Assembly (NCBI GenBank): GCA_016188385.1
Contig: JACPHV010000002.1
Location: forward strand, 24,116-88,115
DNA length: 64,000 bases
Source of the DNA: Candidatus Uhrbacteria bacterium
GTDB lineage: Bacteria; Patescibacteriota; Patescibacteriia; JACQRZ01
Direction: 5' to 3'
The position numbers were made by a program, and so were the translations under genes. Within the stretch, counting starts at the first letter, position 1; each line of letters starts with the position of its first letter. The notes below the pieces were generated by a model. That model did not search any database, was not told the origin of the DNA, and saw nothing but the letters and a program-made list of their open reading frames with translations. Shown one piece after another: positions 49,366-60,121 of the stretch.

Positions 49366-50477
49366 ATATCCTCGTTGATGCGCGATGCCTGTCCGATGAA
49401 GCCGGGGGAATCCCGCGATACGTCAGCTCAATTATTTCTGCTCTTGCCCATCGTTATCGTGGACACATGTTCCTCCTATTTTTTAACGGGTACAAAAACA
49501 CATATCCGTGGAAAATGAGGCATTATCCATCCAATTGTATTGCCGTACAATCTACGTTCCCCAATAAGCTTTTTAATATCTCGAGCAGCGTTTTGAGCCG
49601 CCCAACACTTGATGAGATTACGCAAAAAATTACCGGCGTGATACCTGATGCAGTGTTTATGCCGAATATAAATTTTGTTTCTGTAAGCAGCAATATACCG
49701 ATCGTGCTCACGATTCACGATCTGTCATTTCATCATTATCCAAAAACATTCTCCTGGCGATCACGGTTATGGCATAGATATATAGGAGTTGCTTCGCTTA
49801 TCCGTCGGTCAGCACGCATTATTGCCGTGTCTGACCATACACGTGATGAAATTATTGAGCAATTCGACGTAGATCCGCATCGTGTTAATGCAATTCCGCA
49901 CGCGAATACTAATCAGGTCGATTCTGGCGCAATGTTCTCCCGTGATCAGCTTGGTGTATCCGATGAATATATGATAGCGCCAGGCATGGGCGCGGGCAGG
50001 AAAAATCTTGACTGTCTGCTTGACGCTTGGTGTCTCGCTCGTCAATCGAGCGCATCATTAAGTAAAATGAAATTGTTGATTACGGGAATTCAGCATGGGA
50101 ATAACACCCCTGACAGTGTTTTATGTATCGGAACGGTACCAAGTGATCACTATCGAGCCTTACTATCGCATGCATCGGCGGTTGTATATCCTTCGCGGTA
50201 TGAGGGTTTTGGATTTCCAATCCTTGAAGCATTTGCCGCGCGTACTCCCGTACTTGCGTCCTCTTGCTCAAGCATTCCTGAAATCGGCCGTGACGCATTC
50301 TATCCCTTTGATCCATACGATGTGAATTCTCTCGCCTTGGCGCTTATGGATATCTGTAACCCCGCCATCGCGGATCATTTTGTAAATGCAGGCGCTGCGT
50401 ATGCTTGGAAGAATTCATGGGACGACGCTGCGATTCGGACGTTCAACACCATTAAAGAAGCGTATGAATCTAAATAG
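49362..50477 (+). CDS. Glycosyltransferase family 4
   Basis: GGIPRY, TIHDL, RKNL, YPSRYEGFGFPILEA. Confidence 0.92.
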   Translation: MNILVDARCLSDEAGGIPRYVSSIISALAHRYRGHMFLLFFNGYKNTYPWKMRHYPSNCIAVQSTFPNKLFNISSSVLSRPTLDEITQKITGVIPDAVFMPNINFVSVSSNIPIVLTIHDLSFHHYPKTFSWRSRLWHRYIGVASLIRRSARIIAVSDHTRDEIIEQFDVDPHRVNAIPHANTNQVDSGAMFSRDQLGVSDEYMIAPGMGAGRKNLDCLLDAWCLARQSSASLSKMKLLITGIQHGNNTPDSVLCIGTVPSDHYRALLSHASAVVYPSRYEGFGFPILEAFAARTPVLASSCSSIPEIGRDAFYPFDPYDVNSLALALMDICNPAIADHFVNAGAAYAWKNSWDDAAIRTFNTIKEAYESK

Positions 50478-51600
50478 TGCGGGGAGAACAAGAAAGAGAA
50501 TCGGCATTGACGCGAGACTTTATCATTACGGATATGGTATCGGTCGATATATACAGCAGCTCATTGCCGCCTTTGAAAAAATGGAAGATACGAATGAGTA
50601 CATGATTTTTCTTTCTAAAACTGCGTGGAATCTGTATCAGCCGTTGAATCCCAGATTCCATAAGGTACCTGCGTTTGTTCCTTGGTATTCGTTGAGCGAA
50701 CAGCTCATAATGCCGTTTCTCATCAAAAAGCATCGGATTGATTTAATGCATTTTCCGCATTTTAACGTTCCGCTCTTCAATTTCACTCCGTATATCGTGA
50801 CGATTCATGATCTGACTATGCTCACATCACCGATCTCCGCGCGTATTGCGGCGAGTACGCGATCGCGCATCAGGTATGAAGCGATCTACGCGGCATATCG
50901 AGTTGTGTTGCATTTCGCGGCTGCCCGCGCGTTGCATATCATATCTGTCTCGCAATCGGTTAAAAATGATATCAATGCACGCTTGCATATACCACTAGAA
51001 CGTATTACCGTGATCTATAATGGCGTTATGAGGCCGTCAGCGCACGCTAAGCGGCCTGATTCCATCAAGAAACCTTTTTATTTGTCAGTCGGAAGTTCTT
51101 ATCCGCATAAGAATATTGAGCGGTTAGTCGAAGCGTGGAGTTTTCTAAAAAAATCAGGTTTCCCCATCCCGCTTGTGCTTTGCGGACAGGAAGATGTATT
51201 TCGCGATCGTATCGTGTCGCTCATCGAGAACAAGGGACTTGCCGCATCAATCATTCATCTTGGCATGGTAACTGATGAAGAGCTTTCATGGCTCTATGCC
51301 AATGCGCTCGGCTTGATTTCTCCGTCTCTGGCAGAAGGTTTTGGGTTGCCAACCGTGGAAGCCCTTCGATACGCGTTGCCATCGATTGTATCTCGATTGC
51401 CTGTGTACGAAGAGACCATTGCGGATTGCGCCGTATACTTTGATCCGCTCAATGTTAATGACATGGTGAAATCCATCCAGCAGTTTCATAATGATGAGCG
51501 CATGCGAAATCGATTGCGTGCGGCGTGTCTTGATCGCGCCGCGCTATACGATTGGTCGAATACCGCTCGCCAAACTTATGCTCTCTATCAGTCATCGTAA
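50464..51600 (+). CDS. Glycosyltransferase family 4
   Basis: IGIDAR, GIGRY, TIHDL, PHKN, EGFGLPTVEA. Confidence 0.92.
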   Translation: MNLNSAGRTRKRIGIDARLYHYGYGIGRYIQQLIAAFEKMEDTNEYMIFLSKTAWNLYQPLNPRFHKVPAFVPWYSLSEQLIMPFLIKKHRIDLMHFPHFNVPLFNFTPYIVTIHDLTMLTSPISARIAASTRSRIRYEAIYAAYRVVLHFAAARALHIISVSQSVKNDINARLHIPLERITVIYNGVMRPSAHAKRPDSIKKPFYLSVGSSYPHKNIERLVEAWSFLKKSGFPIPLVLCGQEDVFRDRIVSLIENKGLAASIIHLGMVTDEELSWLYANALGLISPSLAEGFGLPTVEALRYALPSIVSRLPVYEETIADCAVYFDPLNVNDMVKSIQQFHNDERMRNRLRAACLDRAALYDWSNTARQTYALYQSS

Positions 51601-51615
51601 CACTGCCTCTCTCCC

Positions 51616-52365
51616 ATGAAACAAGCGCGAAGCCTTATTGTAATTGGTATCCCCCTCATCCAAACGTTACTTTTATCGATCGGCGTAATTTTCGAGTCGT
51701 ATTACATCTTATGCGCGATCGCCGCATTTGTCGTATCCGATGTATTGCTGTACTTTCTATTTCCTTCATCTATTGCAAGAATGACGGGCGCTGCCTTATC
51801 TGCGCCGCCAATTCTTCTATTTATTTCTACTGCCGGTTCGCTGATGTTTGTCGATAATGGATTCGCGATCGTTTCTGTCATTGCAGGAAATGCAATTTTT
51901 GTCGGTACGTATCTTCACGCCCTCCCATCACGACTCGCCGGTTTATCCAAGGATGCGACAACTACGTCGCCGATCTTTATTGGAGCTTTTGGTATGCTGC
52001 TCATTGCGCTCGTATTCATGCTTTCGCTTCTGCTATTCGCGTTATTGTATTTTCTTGACATTCCAATCTGGATGACAATGATCCCCTATATAGCTATTTC
52101 TCTGTCTGTTGTATCGATATATTTCCATGAACGCGGTCTGCAGTGGAGTACCATCTTGATTCTCATTTCGGTTGCGGCCGTCTGTCTTATTGAAATTATT
52201 TATTCACTGACATGGCTACCGCTTTCCTATTTGCCAATGACGGCATTTGTGGCAATTGCATCGATCGTTCTATTCGACGCGCTTCTTGATTACCGGATGA
52301 AATACACTTTGCCGGCGGCCGTTATCATGCTAGTATTGATAATGGTTGCAAGTATTTGGAGATAG
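51616..52365 (+). CDS. Multi-pass membrane protein
   Basis: About 8 hydrophobic segments. Confidence 0.65.
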   Translation: MKQARSLIVIGIPLIQTLLLSIGVIFESYYILCAIAAFVVSDVLLYFLFPSSIARMTGAALSAPPILLFISTAGSLMFVDNGFAIVSVIAGNAIFVGTYLHALPSRLAGLSKDATTTSPIFIGAFGMLLIALVFMLSLLLFALLYFLDIPIWMTMIPYIAISLSVVSIYFHERGLQWSTILILISVAAVCLIEIIYSLTWLPLSYLPMTAFVAIASIVLFDALLDYRMKYTLPAAVIMLVLIMVASIWR

Positions 52366-52374
52366 GATTTACTT

Positions 52375-53412
52375 ATGAAGCATACGCTCGGCATATTGGC
52401 ATCATCAATCGTGATAAGCATATTGGGTGGTGTTCTCGGTGCGGTCATCGCGGGAACCCTTCTTTTAAGTGAAGCAAACATATCCCAGCAACCAGGTGTT
52501 GTCCAGCAACCGATAATCGTATCATACGATTCAGCGGCACAGCACATTCCAGACGTAAGAGGAAGTTTAGTAAAGCTGATTATTGAACATGGCGATGGCA
52601 TACGCATCCAGTATGGCGTAGTGCTTTCATCTGATGGATGGATTGCGTTTCACGGGAAAATACCTGTTTCGAACGAGCAGATTCGCATCGTTGATAACCG
52701 CAACAGTATTTCGCGTGTAAGCGAAATCGCGCAGGATCCTGCATTTGAAATCTGGTATGCGAAGTCTGATTCAACAGCTCTTAAGGCTGTGGATTTCCTC
52801 GATAAAAGCCGACTCACAGATAATCTGTCGGGAGTCCTCGTATACGGTTTTCAAACAGTCCAGCCTCTTCTTATTACAGGCCTGGGATATTCAGATGATA
52901 AGTATCTGACGGGCATCAAAACATACGAAATAAGAAAGAAACATAATTACGAGCAGCAATTCACCGGCAAACAGCAAGGATTGGCTGTTTTTTCAGGTGA
53001 TGGAAAGTTTATTGGATTTACTGAAGCACGCGGTATAGTCCCGGGAGCCTTTATCCGTACTGTCCTGCCAGCCCTTTTTTCAAAAGCGGTTGCTCGACGC
53101 CCGAGTCTTGGTGTCGCATACGAAGACGCGTCTTGGGTGCCAACGATTTCCGGACAAACAGCGGATACGAAGAGAGGCGCGCGGATTATAGGAAAGAAAG
53201 CGCTCTCGTATCAATTGACAACAATCGAAGGTAACGTGATCCATGTACGCGAAGGTGATATCATACGAGCCGTAAATCAGGAGCAGCTTGACATCAACCG
53301 ATCATTGAGCGATGTGATACAGCAGTATCAACCGGGCGCAGCCGTCACTATTACCGTTGATCAGAGCGGCGATACGTATGATTATACTTTTGTTCTTAGC
53401 GCTAAAGAATAA
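52375..53412 (+). CDS. HtrA-like trypsin+PDZ protein, catalytic motifs degenerate
   Basis: TM anchor, GVVLSSDGWI, RRPSLGV, GDIIRAVN; no TNxH or GNSGG. Confidence 0.7.
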   Translation: MKHTLGILASSIVISILGGVLGAVIAGTLLLSEANISQQPGVVQQPIIVSYDSAAQHIPDVRGSLVKLIIEHGDGIRIQYGVVLSSDGWIAFHGKIPVSNEQIRIVDNRNSISRVSEIAQDPAFEIWYAKSDSTALKAVDFLDKSRLTDNLSGVLVYGFQTVQPLLITGLGYSDDKYLTGIKTYEIRKKHNYEQQFTGKQQGLAVFSGDGKFIGFTEARGIVPGAFIRTVLPALFSKAVARRPSLGVAYEDASWVPTISGQTADTKRGARIIGKKALSYQLTTIEGNVIHVREGDIIRAVNQEQLDINRSLSDVIQQYQPGAAVTITVDQSGDTYDYTFVLSAKE

Positions 53413-53427
53413 TTTAATTTCTTTGTT

Positions 53428-53748
53428 ATGACAATCATCGATTTTCTTTACTCTGTGCTCGCGACTGCGATCATAATAGTCGCGGTATTCGTCTCAATCG
53501 CGCTTTACCATCTTATCGTCATTTTGAAGCGTATTCATTCACTCTGCGATCTAGTCGAAGATAAAACTGAACGATTTTTACAAACCTTCCATGATCTTGC
53601 CGGAAAATTATGCGGACTTAAGGCAACAGTTGATGTGTTTGCCGGAGTTCTAAAAACAATTGTTCAGCAAATCGCCGAAAAAAATAGTTTATCAAAACGA
53701 AAGCCAAAGAAAAGTTCACGAAATGATTCTGCTAGCATTTCAGAGTAA
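53428..53748 (+). CDS. Small membrane-anchored coiled-coil protein
   Basis: N-terminal TM plus helical tail. Confidence 0.6.
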   Translation: MTIIDFLYSVLATAIIIVAVFVSIALYHLIVILKRIHSLCDLVEDKTERFLQTFHDLAGKLCGLKATVDVFAGVLKTIVQQIAEKNSLSKRKPKKSSRNDSASISE

Positions 53749-53750
53749 CT

Positions 53751-56700
53751 ATGGACTTTGTTCATCTGCATACACATAGCCATTTCAGTTTACTGGATGG
53801 GCTCGGCAAGATTCCCTTATTGGTAGCGCGCGCCAAGGAGTTCGGCATGAAAGCAATTGCGCTGACGGATCATGGGGTATTGTACGGCGCGATTGAATTT
53901 TACCAAACATGCGCACATGCCGGCATCAAACCTTTGATAGGCGTTGAGACGTACGTTACTTCCCGCGGAAGGCATAAAAAAGCGGGACGGATTGATGATG
54001 AGCGCTTTCACCTGATTTTGCTTTCACGGACAACTGAAGGATACCATAATTTAGTAAAGATGATTACAAAAGCGCACTTGGAAGGCTTTTACTATAAGCC
54101 GAGAATTGATTTTGAGCTCCTTCGCGAATTTGGGGACGGTCTCATCGCAACCTCTGCGTGCATTAATGGACAATTGGCACAGGCAATCCTTCGAGGAAAT
54201 GACCCGGAGCCTATCCTGCGTCAATACCTTGAAATTTTCGGAACCGAACATTTTTTTCTCGAACTTCAGAACCACCCGAACCTGCCAGAACAAAAAATAG
54301 TAAATGACGCGCTTATATCAATATCGCGCAAGCACGGATTGCGTCTGGTGGCAACTGCTGATTCGCATTATTTGGATCCAGACGACTCGGAAGCACACGA
54401 TATCCTGCTCTGCCTCCAGACTAAGAAGGCACTGTCAGATAATGATCGTATGTGCATGCTCGGAGAGGATTTTTCATTTACAGATGGTTCCGCGATTCGC
54501 GAGGCGTTTTCCCATGTACCCGACGCGATAGAAAATACACTGCGGATAGCTGATATGTGCGATATCAAAATCGAATTCGGCACTTCGGTATTACCGTATT
54601 TTGAAGTTCCCGCAACGATAAGCACTGAAGAATATTTACATGCTTTATGTGAATCGGGGATGCAAAGACGATATGGCGATACAGGTACCGATCAGATGCG
54701 AAAGCGTCTGTCGTATGAGCTATCAGTGATTACAAATGCTGGTTTTGCTTCCTATTTTCTCATTGTTCACGATTTCGTCGCATGGGCGAAAAAACAGGGG
54801 ATTGTAGTCGGCCCAGGCCGCGGAAGCGCCGCTGGGAGTTTAGTCGCGTATGTTCTTGGCATAACAAATATCGACCCGATTGCCTATGATCTTCTGTTTG
54901 AACGTTTCCTTAACCCCGAGCGAATATCAATGCCGGATATTGATCTGGATTTCACCGATACAAGACGCGATGAAGTACTCTCCTATGTAGAGGAGAAATA
55001 CGGTAGCGATCATGTGGCGCAGATTATTACATTTGGTACGATGGCTGCTCGCGTATCAATACGCGATGTCGGCCGAGTCCTTGAACTGCCGTATTCATTT
55101 TGTGATAGTCTCGCGAAGATGTTTCCGGCCAACCTAACCATTCAGAATGCCATAGAGAGCATAAGTGAAGTCAGTGTCGCGTATGAGTCAGACGATCGCA
55201 GCAGAAGAGTATTGGACATTGCAAAAAAATTGGAAGGTGTCGCGCGCCATACCTCCATTCACGCGTGCGGAGTTGTAATCACAAAAGAACCTGTTGTTCA
55301 ATACGCGCCATGCCAGTATGTTTCATTGGAGGATCGTCGCTTAGTGACACAATACTCTCTCCACGCGATCGAGGATCTTGGCTTGCTTAAAATTGATTTT
55401 CTTGGATTGAGCAATCTGACTATTTTGGAGCATGCAAAAAATATTGTCGCAAAAACTCATGGAATGATAGTAGACTATGACACCATTCCGCTTGATAATA
55501 AAAAAACATTTAAGCTTCTGAAAGAGGGGCGTACCACCGGAGTATTCCAGCTCGAAAGTGGCGGCATGCGGCGATACCTGAAAAAGCTTCGCCCAACGGA
55601 GATTGAAGATATTATTGCAATGGTTGCGCTCTACCGTCCCGGTCCGATGGAATGGATTCCTGACTATATTAACCGCAAACACGGACGTACCATGCCTACC
55701 TATATTCATGACTCATTACGTCCCATACTGTCAAAAACATACGGAATTGCGATTTATCAGGAACAAGTAATGAAAATTGCGCAGGATCTAGCGGGATTTT
55801 CACTCGGCGAAGCAGACGTTTTGCGTAAAGCAGTCGGAAAGAAAATAAAAAAGTTGCTTACGGAGCAGAGAGCAAAATTTATCGAGGGAGCTATAAAAAA
55901 TGGGATCGAAAAAAGCATCGCGACGCAGGTTTTTGATTTTATCGAGCCGTTTGCCGGCTACGGCTTTAACAGAAGCCATGCGGCCTGCTATGCAGTTATC
56001 GCGTATCAAACTGCGTATATGAAGGCAAATTTTCCGTCAGAATTTATGGCTGCGCTTATGACTTCTGATAAAGACAATTCTGACAGAATCGCACTGGAGA
56101 TCGAAGAATGCAAGGCTATGGGAGTTGAGGTCCTGCCGCCGGATATCAATGAAAGCTTCGAGACATTTACCGTCGTACCGAGCAAAGATTCGCAGTCAGG
56201 CACTAAAATCAGGTTCGGACTTTTGGCTATCAAAAATCTCGGAGAGCATGTCGTTGAATCCATAGTATCGGAACGGAAACGCAACGGACAATTTGAATCC
56301 TTGGAAGCGTTCCTGCAGAGATTGCCCGGTAACGAGATAAACAAGAAGTCTATTGAGAGTCTTATCCGCTGTGGCGCGCTTGATAGATTTGGCGATCGAA
56401 TAGTGCTATACTATAATTGTGACAGGATACTTGACCTCCATAGAGAACTTGCAAAATACTGCTCTTCGAAACAGGGGAGGCTTTTTGCAACCGATATCGT
56501 GAAGCCGACACTTTGTCTGGAAGAGCCGGCAGTACGCGATGAGCGCCAATTGCTCGCTTGGGAAAAAGAATTGCTGGGATTATATCTTACAGAACATCCG
56601 CTCCACCGATATCAGAACATTATGAAGCATTTTGTCGTCACGAGCGAGCATGTAAAGACATTGCGTGACAATTCAGTCGTCAAATTAAGCGGGGTTATTA

Positions 56701-56990
56701 CTAGTATCAAGAAGATTCATACAAAAAAGAATGACTCAATGCTCTTTGTGAGGCTGGAAGATCTGTCCGGATCGTTGGAAGTAATCGTATTTCCAACTGT
56801 CCTGGCAGAAACAGAACACGCTTGGCGGCAAGACTCGATCATCGTAGTCGAGGGACGGATTTCGCTGAAAGATGAGGACGTAAAAGTCATCTGTACGCGA
56901 GTTCGCCAAGTCAACGATGATTTTGTTGCCACGCTTTCCGCAATATTATCAAAAAATCAAACTCAAACCGAACAAACAATCTCTGCATAG
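53751..56990 (+). CDS. dnaE: DNA polymerase III alpha subunit
   Basis: PHP HLHTHSHFSLLDG, GPGRGSAAGS, MPDIDLDF, FNRSHAACY, OB fold. Confidence 0.98.
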   Translation: MDFVHLHTHSHFSLLDGLGKIPLLVARAKEFGMKAIALTDHGVLYGAIEFYQTCAHAGIKPLIGVETYVTSRGRHKKAGRIDDERFHLILLSRTTEGYHNLVKMITKAHLEGFYYKPRIDFELLREFGDGLIATSACINGQLAQAILRGNDPEPILRQYLEIFGTEHFFLELQNHPNLPEQKIVNDALISISRKHGLRLVATADSHYLDPDDSEAHDILLCLQTKKALSDNDRMCMLGEDFSFTDGSAIREAFSHVPDAIENTLRIADMCDIKIEFGTSVLPYFEVPATISTEEYLHALCESGMQRRYGDTGTDQMRKRLSYELSVITNAGFASYFLIVHDFVAWAKKQGIVVGPGRGSAAGSLVAYVLGITNIDPIAYDLLFERFLNPERISMPDIDLDFTDTRRDEVLSYVEEKYGSDHVAQIITFGTMAARVSIRDVGRVLELPYSFCDSLAKMFPANLTIQNAIESISEVSVAYESDDRSRRVLDIAKKLEGVARHTSIHACGVVITKEPVVQYAPCQYVSLEDRRLVTQYSLHAIEDLGLLKIDFLGLSNLTILEHAKNIVAKTHGMIVDYDTIPLDNKKTFKLLKEGRTTGVFQLESGGMRRYLKKLRPTEIEDIIAMVALYRPGPMEWIPDYINRKHGRTMPTYIHDSLRPILSKTYGIAIYQEQVMKIAQDLAGFSLGEADVLRKAVGKKIKKLLTEQRAKFIEGAIKNGIEKSIATQVFDFIEPFAGYGFNRSHAACYAVIAYQTAYMKANFPSEFMAALMTSDKDNSDRIALEIEECKAMGVEVLPPDINESFETFTVVPSKDSQSGTKIRFGLLAIKNLGEHVVESIVSERKRNGQFESLEAFLQRLPGNEINKKSIESLIRCGALDRFGDRIVLYYNCDRILDLHRELAKYCSSKQGRLFATDIVKPTLCLEEPAVRDERQLLAWEKELLGLYLTEHPLHRYQNIMKHFVVTSEHVKTLRDNSVVKLSGVITSIKKIHTKKNDSMLFVRLEDLSGSLEVIVFPTVLAETEHAWRQDSIIVVEGRISLKDEDVKVICTRVRQVNDDFVATLSAILSKNQTQTEQTISA

Positions 56991-57001
56991 CAATTTATAT
57001 C

Positions 57002-58168
57002 ATGACCGGCACAAGCGCCAAACATTGTATGGGTCACTCTAAAGTAAAGAATTCCTTATATCGAAATATCGCCATTTCATTCATAGTACTATCGGTTGCT
57101 ATCGCAGGAACTGTTTTTTATGTAACGTTCAGCTGGGCTACGATTGTCATAGTCCCTCAACGCGTACCGGTGACAGATGAGTTTTCGGTCACTGTCGGCT
57201 CATCAGGAGGCGGCGAGCTCAACCGGCTTGCAATTCCAGGACGTGTTATCGTGATTGAATTAAACGGTGATGGCACTTATAATCCTACGGAAAAGCGCCA
57301 TATAACACGTAAGGCATCCGGCACTATCACTATCGTAAATACATCTTCGCAGGATCAGCCTCTTCGAGCGACAACTCGGCTTCTTACGAAAAACAACGTT
57401 CTTTTTCGTACAGGTGAATTTGTGAGCGTTCCTGCCGGCGGAAGCGTAGATGTTTCCGTGGTAGCCGACAAACAGGGATCAATTGAGCAAGCAGATGCAA
57501 GTCGCTTAACGATTCCTGGATTATGGAGCGGATTGCAGGAAAAAATTTACGGTACCAAATTGCGGATTGAATCATCCGGAGATGAAGAAGTGTTCATCAT
57601 GAGCCAAGAAGATATTGATCGGTCTAAGGCGTTAGTATTAGATAAACTGAAAAAGAAATTCGCGCTTCTTATGGATATTCCGGATGCTGGATTCCGTCCG
57701 AAAAGACCTTATACATTAATTGACGTTGCTGAAAAGGACATAAAAGTATCACACAAGGTTGGCGACGAAACTGATCGCTTTACCGTATCGCTTGCCGTTG
57801 AAGCGCGCGGGATTGTTTTTGACGAGCAGGATATCATCGATGAACTGAAGCAAAGGATGCAAGCGACTCTTGGTCCGGGACATGAATTTATTTTTTCCCA
57901 AACCGATTTGATTTTCTACACGCTTGAATCGTTTGACACGACGACACATGAAGCTGTTATCAGCGCCAGGACGGAGGGCGCTAAAATAAGAAGCGAAGAT
58001 ACAAGCCAATTTAATAGAGCGAATTTAACGGGATTGACTAAGGAGCAAGTAATGCAATATTTTGACGTCTATGACGATATTGACTCTGTCAACGTTAGAT
58101 TTTATCCATTTTGGGTGCAGAGGACTCCAATGTTGATTGACCATATTCACATATTATTTGAAAAATAG
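57002..58168 (+). CDS. Membrane-anchored hypothetical protein with a baseplate-J-like beta domain
   Basis: TM then KASGTITIVN, LRATTRL, VPAGG, TIPGL, PFW motifs. Confidence 0.55.
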   Translation: MTGTSAKHCMGHSKVKNSLYRNIAISFIVLSVAIAGTVFYVTFSWATIVIVPQRVPVTDEFSVTVGSSGGGELNRLAIPGRVIVIELNGDGTYNPTEKRHITRKASGTITIVNTSSQDQPLRATTRLLTKNNVLFRTGEFVSVPAGGSVDVSVVADKQGSIEQADASRLTIPGLWSGLQEKIYGTKLRIESSGDEEVFIMSQEDIDRSKALVLDKLKKKFALLMDIPDAGFRPKRPYTLIDVAEKDIKVSHKVGDETDRFTVSLAVEARGIVFDEQDIIDELKQRMQATLGPGHEFIFSQTDLIFYTLESFDTTTHEAVISARTEGAKIRSEDTSQFNRANLTGLTKEQVMQYFDVYDDIDSVNVRFYPFWVQRTPMLIDHIHILFEK

Positions 58169-58325
58169 CGATGCTTGTTTTGCGCCCGTACCGGTAAACG
58201 GGATCGAGGCGCTTCTTTAATAATCACAGCCTCGTACCATTCAAGGCTGTTTTGGAGAACTCTCGCGGATGCCACTCTACATTCCGTCTTGATTTTTCAG
58301 CACTGGTGCCGTAGTATGAGTAAAT

Positions 58326-60095
58326 ATGAATAACACAGAGAATGAATCACGAGACCTTGAATGCTTGCGTCATACCCTGGCGCACTTGTTGGCTGCTGCT
58401 GTCGTAAAAATATTCCCGGACGCAAAACCGACTATCGGTCCTGCGATCGAGAATGGTTTTTATTATGATTTCGCCTTTCAAAAACCAATCTCATCAGATG
58501 ACCTCCCGACAATAGAACATGAAATGCGGTTATTGCTATCAACATGGGAGCATGCGTCATGCCGCGAATTATCTGCCAATGAAGCAAAGAAAATCTATTC
58601 TTCAAATGAATTCAAACAAGAACTTATTGATGATATTGAAGCCCGAGGAGAACCGGTGACACTTTATACATGGGGAAATTTTGAAGATTTATGCCGCGGC
58701 GGACATGTTAAATCAGCAAAAAAAATCGATCCGCAGGGATTTGCCTTGACTCATCTCGCGGGCGCATATTGGCGCGGGAGCGAGAAAAACCCCATGCTTA
58801 CCAGAATCTACGGTGCCGCCTTTGAAACAGGGAAACAGCTTAAGGAATACATACAGCGGATGGAGGAAGCAAAAAAGTATGATCATAGGAGAATCGGGCA
58901 GGAACAATCATTATTTTTTATCGACGAAACCGTGGGAAAAGGTCTTGTGCTATGGCTTCCGAACGGCACTGTGATAAGGGATGAAATTGAACGCATGGCT
59001 GTCAAAATGGAAACAGATCGCGGATATCATAGGGTCGTGACGCCGCATCTTGCCAAAAAGGAACTTTTTGAAACATCAGGTCATCTGCCATATTATCAGG
59101 AGAGTATGTATCCACCTATGGAAATGGATGATGGCACGTATTATTTGAAAGGTATGAACTGCCCGCACCATCATATAATCTACCGTCACCAGCAACATAG
59201 TTATCGTGAATTGCCTGTTCGATTGGCGGAATATGGCACCGTATATCGCAATGAATTATCCGGTACGCTTGCGGGTTTGTTGCGAGTGCGCTCTCTTGCG
59301 ATGAATGACGCTCATATCTATTGCCGAAAAGATCAAATTAAGGCTGAATTCAAAGATGTCCTGAATTTGATTCTTGAATATTTCCGCATATTTGGATTTC
59401 ATGATTATTGGTTTAGGCTGTCACGTTGGAGTTCCAAGCATACGGAAAAATATATCAATGAGCCTGAAAACTGGAAATTTTCGGAAGAAGTGATCAGGGA
59501 TGTATTGAGTGAACTCGGCGTGGACTATGTAGAACGGGAAAATGAAGCTGCATTTTATGGACCGAAGGTTGACATCCAGTTTACTTCAGTAATCGGCCGA
59601 GAAGAAACTATGTCCACCATACAGCTTGATTTCGCCGCAAAATCACGATTCGGACTTACGTATAGGGATCATGATGGTTTGCAAAATAATGATGTGTTTG
59701 TGATTCATCGCGCTCCGCTCTCGACGCATGAACGATTTATCGCATTTCTTATAGAGCATTACGCCGGAAAATGGCCGCTATGGCTTTCTCCGATTCAAGC
59801 GATTCTGCTTCCTGTTGGTGAATCGCATCTTAGCCCGTCAATTTCACTCGCGCGCACTCTACGCTCGCGCGGAATACGCGCGCATACTGACGAATCTAAT
59901 GAGACTGTGGGAAAGAAAATAAGAAAGGCGGAGTCGCAAAAAATACCCTATATGCTTGTGATTGGCGACAGAGAAGCAGACTTAACTTACCTTTCAGTGC
60001 GCAAACGCGGGTCAAGGGAAACGAGTTCCTCTTCCATTGAGGATTTTATCGCCATGGTGAACGACAAGATCATGATGAGATCGGCAGATCTCTGA
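58326..60095 (+). CDS. thrS: Threonine--tRNA ligase (no N-terminal TGS domain)
   Basis: RHTLAHLL, DLCRGGHV, GAYWRG, MNCPHH, AFYGPKVD, IHRAP. Confidence 0.98.
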   Translation: MNNTENESRDLECLRHTLAHLLAAAVVKIFPDAKPTIGPAIENGFYYDFAFQKPISSDDLPTIEHEMRLLLSTWEHASCRELSANEAKKIYSSNEFKQELIDDIEARGEPVTLYTWGNFEDLCRGGHVKSAKKIDPQGFALTHLAGAYWRGSEKNPMLTRIYGAAFETGKQLKEYIQRMEEAKKYDHRRIGQEQSLFFIDETVGKGLVLWLPNGTVIRDEIERMAVKMETDRGYHRVVTPHLAKKELFETSGHLPYYQESMYPPMEMDDGTYYLKGMNCPHHHIIYRHQQHSYRELPVRLAEYGTVYRNELSGTLAGLLRVRSLAMNDAHIYCRKDQIKAEFKDVLNLILEYFRIFGFHDYWFRLSRWSSKHTEKYINEPENWKFSEEVIRDVLSELGVDYVERENEAAFYGPKVDIQFTSVIGREETMSTIQLDFAAKSRFGLTYRDHDGLQNNDVFVIHRAPLSTHERFIAFLIEHYAGKWPLWLSPIQAILLPVGESHLSPSISLARTLRSRGIRAHTDESNETVGKKIRKAESQKIPYMLVIGDREADLTYLSVRKRGSRETSSSSIEDFIAMVNDKIMMRSADL

Positions 60096-60121
60096 TAACC
60101 GTATTCTTGCGATTCAACAGT

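Noticed and set aside
57002-58168. Prophage or contractile injection system suggested by the baseplate-J-like domain
   Set aside because: Solitary membrane-anchored gene between dnaE and thrS with no other structural genes.
58170-58325. T-box or tRNA-mimic leader for thrS (two hairpins, one with CGT in the loop)
   Set aside because: No T-box consensus seen, and a candidate TTGATT-17-TAGTAT promoter lies downstream of the hairpins.
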